Below are positions 59,961 through 64,000 of a stretch of DNA of 64,000 nt, in pieces; the first letter of the stretch is position 1, and each line of letters begins with the position of its first letter. The position numbers and the translations under genes were made by a program. The notes under the pieces were generated by a model that did no database searches, was not told the origin of the DNA, and was given only the letters and a program-made list of their open reading frames with translations. The stretch lies in the NCBI GenBank assembly GCA_963845245.1, contig CAWJRJ010000024.1, forward strand, positions 32,001-96,000, given 5' to 3'. Origin of the DNA: Nitrospirota bacterium (GTDB lineage Bacteria; Nitrospirota; JACRHJ01).

Positions 59961-62387
59961 TTGGGAAAGCTTAAGCATTTTTTTATAGACAAGAAGGACG
60001 GGGGTTTCAGCTCCGCCTTTTACATCCTGCTTTATATAGTCCTGGCGCACGTATTCTACTGGAAGTTCCTCATACCCGGCAACTTCGGCTTCGGCACGGA
60101 CACACTAAGCGGAAGCTATCCCATACAGGTCATGGGCATGCGGGCTATAGCGGAAAACGGCTCTCTCCCGCTCTGGAACCCCTATATCTTTTCGGGCATG
60201 CCACTTATGGCGAGCTTCTCCTTCCACATACTCTACCCTCTGAACTGGATATACTTTTTCATGCCCACGATCTTTGCACTGGGCTATCAGTTCATAATGC
60301 ATACGGCCCTGATGGGGATTTTCTTCTTCCTGTTCGCGAGGCACCTTAAACTATCAAGGCCTGTGGCCTTCATAGGCGGGCTCCTGTTCATGTTCAGCTC
60401 TCACTTCATTTCCCTCGTATATCCGGGACACGGCGGCAAGCTGTTTACGATAACATGGCTTCCTCTGGCCATGATATTCCTGGACCGGGGACTGGACGAG
60501 AGGCCGTTTTACAACATGACCATAATGGGCCTGGTGGTCGGCATGATGTTCTACGGCGGCCATATCCAGATATTGTTCTATTGCGGCATAGCCCTTTTGG
60601 CGTTCCTTATAATGCGCCTTATCACCGGATACAGGAAGGGCGGCCTCACATGGGCGGGCAAGGGTGTTGCCGGTTTCACGTACGCCTTTGCGCTCGGCGC
60701 GCTCCTCTACGCTGTCATCCTCCTTCCTGCCTGGGAGTACAAGTCCTACACTCAGCGAGGTGGCGGTGTGGTAGGCGCATCGTCGTATGAGTTCGCCACG
60801 TCCTTTTCCCAGCCGCCCGAGGACATGCTCTACATCCCGCTCCAGAACCCGTTCGGCTGGGGCAAAGACTACCCGAACACGCCCAACCCCAAGGACGAGT
60901 TCTACAGGGGGAGGATAGGGCTCAGGCTCTCGATAGACTATTTCAGCGTGATCGGGCTCCTGCTTGCGCTTTTCGGGGCGGTGCTGGTCAGGAACCGCTA
61001 CACATGGTTCTTCCTGGGACTTGCATGCCTTACAGGGTTCCTTGCGCTCGGGATGTTTAACCCGTTCTATATCTACGTCTACAAATACATACCCGGCTTC
61101 TCGATATTCCGTGTGCCATACGCCATAATGATACTTATGCCCATCTGCCTGTCCGGCCTTGCCGCTTTCGGGCTCCAGAGACTTCTGGACATAGACAGGA
61201 CCGGCCAGAAAAAAACCGCTTTTTACATGGTTATCGGCATGGCGGCAGTGGCAGCCGTTACGCTCATTATTGCATTCTCCTGGAACAGGAGCCTTGATTC
61301 CACCGGGAACTGGCTGCTCGGGTTCCAGTGGGTGCAGGAGATGCTCTGGGGCGATTTCTCCGACCTCGGACAGAGGCTGTCGTTCTTTGTGAAAAACCTC
61401 TATATCTTTGTGATATTCCTTTCCGTTGCCCTTATTGTCGTAGCCGGTTACCTGAAAGGAATATTTAAACGCAAACTGTTTATCCTGCTGGTTTCCGCCC
61501 TTGTGCTTGTTGAGCTATGGCCTCTCGGCTGGGACTTCATAAAGGTAATACCGGTATCGAGCCTCGAGGAAATATACTTCAGGGATACACCGGAGATAAA
61601 GACCATGGAGGCCGACAAGGATGGGATGTTCCGTGTGTTCTCCCTCGTGACGAACAACGAACTGTTATATCGCGGGATACAGACGCTGGCCGGATACCAT
61701 CCGGTGGTGCTCAGCTATTACGAGAAGACGTTGGGCAACATCAACTTCAACAACCATATAATCGACATGTTGAACACGCGTTACCTGATGCTGCCCAAGG
61801 ACCCCGAATACGACTTCAGGAACTACCCGGACCAGGCGGTACGCAAGGCGCTGAACGACAGGTACGAACTCCTGAGCGATAACGACATATTCTTCTACAA
61901 AAACCGCGACGCCATGCCGCGTGGCTGGCTGGTCAACAAGGTAGTGCGCGTGTACGACCCCGACCAGGCGCTGGACGTCATATCCGACCCGGGTTTCAGG
62001 CCCACAGAAGCGGCGGTGGTCGCAGAGGATATGCCGCAGGATATGCCGATCGACCCATCCGCCGACTTGTCCGGCCAGAAGGTCACGGTTACAAGTTTCA
62101 AGCCCGACAGCATAGAGATGAAGGTGACCGCCCCAGCGGACTCCATGTTCGTTGCGTCCGAGGTCTGGTACCCTGGCTGGAAGGCCTACATAGACGGAAA
62201 GGCGGCCAGGATATTCCGCACCGACTATACCCTGCGCGGCGTACTTATGCCTAAAGGAGAACATACCCTTTTGATGAAGTTCAGCCCGCCGCTTTATGTC
62301 CTTGGAGCAGCCCTGAGCATCGCTTCACTAATTTTCATCGGCGCCGTTATCGGACTACCGGCCTATAGGAAGAGGAAACATGCCTGA
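59961..62387 (+). CDS. YfhO-family polytopic membrane protein (GT-C-like)
   Basis: LPLWNPYIFSGMP, many TMs, PRGWLV, SEVWYPGWKAYIDG, GEH; TTG start after AAGGAG. Confidence 0.85.
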   Translation: MGKLKHFFIDKKDGGFSSAFYILLYIVLAHVFYWKFLIPGNFGFGTDTLSGSYPIQVMGMRAIAENGSLPLWNPYIFSGMPLMASFSFHILYPLNWIYFFMPTIFALGYQFIMHTALMGIFFFLFARHLKLSRPVAFIGGLLFMFSSHFISLVYPGHGGKLFTITWLPLAMIFLDRGLDERPFYNMTIMGLVVGMMFYGGHIQILFYCGIALLAFLIMRLITGYRKGGLTWAGKGVAGFTYAFALGALLYAVILLPAWEYKSYTQRGGGVVGASSYEFATSFSQPPEDMLYIPLQNPFGWGKDYPNTPNPKDEFYRGRIGLRLSIDYFSVIGLLLALFGAVLVRNRYTWFFLGLACLTGFLALGMFNPFYIYVYKYIPGFSIFRVPYAIMILMPICLSGLAAFGLQRLLDIDRTGQKKTAFYMVIGMAAVAAVTLIIAFSWNRSLDSTGNWLLGFQWVQEMLWGDFSDLGQRLSFFVKNLYIFVIFLSVALIVVAGYLKGIFKRKLFILLVSALVLVELWPLGWDFIKVIPVSSLEEIYFRDTPEIKTMEADKDGMFRVFSLVTNNELLYRGIQTLAGYHPVVLSYYEKTLGNINFNNHIIDMLNTRYLMLPKDPEYDFRNYPDQAVRKALNDRYELLSDNDIFFYKNRDAMPRGWLVNKVVRVYDPDQALDVISDPGFRPTEAAVVAEDMPQDMPIDPSADLSGQKVTVTSFKPDSIEMKVTAPADSMFVASEVWYPGWKAYIDGKAARIFRTDYTLRGVLMPKGEHTLLMKFSPPLYVLGAALSIASLIFIGAVIGLPAYRKRKHA

Positions 62388-63173
62388 GGTAATAGATGTA
62401 ACGGGCGAGGTAATAAGCCCGGACCACGACAACATAACCCCGCTTTTCATGCGGCACATGGCGGCGTACAAGTTTTTCAGGGAACACGTAAGAGGACGCA
62501 AGGTCCTTGAGATAGGCTTCGGCGAAGGATACGGCACGTACTATCTCTCCGAGGTCTCCAAGGAGATAACGGGCATCGACGTATCACATTCTCTCGTGGA
62601 GCACGCGAAATCGAAATACTCGCGCGAGAACCTCTACTTCATAAGGAGCGACGCGGCAACCCTGCCTTTCCCTGACTCCTCTTTCGACGTCGTGGTCAGC
62701 TCGCAGGTGCTGGAGCACGTCAAGGACTATATGGGCTTCCTGAGGGAAACGGCACGCGTCCTTAAGCCCGGCGGTACGGCACTTGTCGCCACGCCAAACC
62801 GCATGATGATGATCGACGGGGTGAACCCGTACCACTTCAAGGAGTTCAGCGCAAAGGAACTTGCCTCCGCGCTTAAAAAGGTCTTCAACCAGTCCGAGGT
62901 GCTAGGCCTGGCCGGGAAGCGAACGGTACATGGCCATAAAGGCCGAGGAACAGAAGTTCGCAAAAAAGATCCTCGCCTTCGACTTCATGAGGCTGCGACG
63001 GTTCCTGCCGCGCTTCATTATACGCCCACTTTACAAGAGGGCGTACGAGTCGGTCAACAAACATACGGAAGCGCTTAACACCCAGGCGGCGGAGATTACT
63101 GTCGACGATTTCAATATAATCAATGAGCACCCCGAAAAGGGGCTTGGACATCATAGGCGTCTGCCGGAAATAG
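62380..63173 (+). CDS. class I SAM-dependent methyltransferase (two frameshifts)
   Basis: VLEIGFGEGYG, LPFPDSSFD, EHV, LKPGG, TPNR, NPYHFKE. Confidence 0.85.
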
Positions 63174-63183
63174 GTCAAAAAAC

Positions 63184-63897
63184 GTGAAAGCCCTGGTAAT
63201 AATACCGACATACAACGAGCGTGACAATATCCAGAAGATTGCGCGCGAGGTGCTATCGGTTTCCGAGCACACCGAGGTGCTGATAGTCGACGACAATTCG
63301 CCGGACGGCACCGGCAAGGTCGCGGACGAGATGGCCAAGGCTTCCCACAGGGTGCATACCCTGCACAGGGCCGGGAAGCTCGGGCTGGGCTCCGCATACA
63401 TAGAAGGCTTCCGCTACGCCATGTCGAACGGCTACGACTATGTCTTCGAGATGGACGCGGACTTCTCACACGACCCAAAGGAAATACCGAATTTCCTGGA
63501 CGCTATCACGAAATACGACGTCGTGGTGGGCTCGCGTTATGTCGGCGGCGTACGCATACTCAACTGGCCGATCAAGAGGCTTATGCTCTCCTACGGGGCG
63601 AGCATGTACACACGCATGATAACCGGGCTGAAGCTTATCGACTGCACCAGCGGGTTCAAGTGTTTCAGGCGCGACGTGCTTGAAGCCCTTGACCTGGACA
63701 AGATACACTCAGACGGATACTCGTTCCAGATAGAGATGAGCTTCCTCTGCCAGCAGAAGGGGTTTAGTCTGAAGGAGATACCGATCGTGTTCGCCGACCG
63801 TAAGGAGGGTACCTCCAAGATGAACAAGGGCATAGTGTTCGAGGCCCTCGCAGTGGTCTGGATACTCAAGATAAAGTCGATATTCGGCCTCCTGTAG
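63184..63897 (+). CDS. polyprenol-monophosphomannose synthase-like GT2 (Dpm1/Ppm1-like)
   Basis: IPTYNE, DDNSPDGT, KLGLGSAY, MDADFSHDP, GSRY, GYSFQIE. Confidence 0.92.
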   Translation: MKALVIIPTYNERDNIQKIAREVLSVSEHTEVLIVDDNSPDGTGKVADEMAKASHRVHTLHRAGKLGLGSAYIEGFRYAMSNGYDYVFEMDADFSHDPKEIPNFLDAITKYDVVVGSRYVGGVRILNWPIKRLMLSYGASMYTRMITGLKLIDCTSGFKCFRRDVLEALDLDKIHSDGYSFQIEMSFLCQQKGFSLKEIPIVFADRKEGTSKMNKGIVFEALAVVWILKIKSIFGLL

Positions 63898-63916
63898 GCT
63901 GACAAAGGAACAGGTT

Positions 63917-64000
63917 ATGATATCTGTCGTCGTACCGCTTTATAACGAGAAGGAAAGCCTCGGTGAGCTGCATTCGCGCCTGACGGACGTCCTCTCCGGA
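63917..64000 (+). CDS. 5' end of a GT2 glycosyltransferase (partial)
   Basis: MISVVVPLYNEKESLGELH... after an AAGGA RBS. Confidence 0.8.
   Translation, partial: MISVVVPLYNEKESLGELHSRLTDVLSG

Overview
Bacterial chromosomal window, mostly moderately GC-rich housekeeping, signalling and metabolic genes with a few AT-rich inserts. Gene content suggests an anaerobic or microaerobic Nitrospirota/Deltaproteobacteria-like organism (inference only). Many genes, including polA, are split by single-base frameshifts, most simply explained as long-read indel errors. Left to right: a sigma54 module around a NifA-like GAF-AAA+ activator; an archaeal/type-V-like sulfide:quinone oxidoreductase; polA; a low-GC TMTC-like GT-C/TPR gene; Sel1/ankyrin genes; a dispersed peptidoglycan-recycling set (nagZ, anmK, a sodium:solute symporter, nagA, murQ); an orphan promoter with tandem NrdR boxes and DnaA boxes upstream of a small redoxin; an AT-rich ABC-ATPase/DUF4276/unknown-protein island containing toxin-antitoxin fragments; cytochrome c peroxidase, Usp, TrxC and a chromate-transporter pair; larE; a RuBisCO-like protein that keeps most RuBisCO catalytic residues, near glcD/glcF-like genes and transaldolase; tandem PPi-type and ATP-type phosphofructokinases; REP doublets; two candidate structured RNAs; tRNA-Val(CAC); several orphan kinases and diguanylate cyclases; and the start of a glycosylation cluster. 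No CRISPR array, rRNA, integrase or intact transposase was seen. All family calls come from motif recognition by eye, with no database search.
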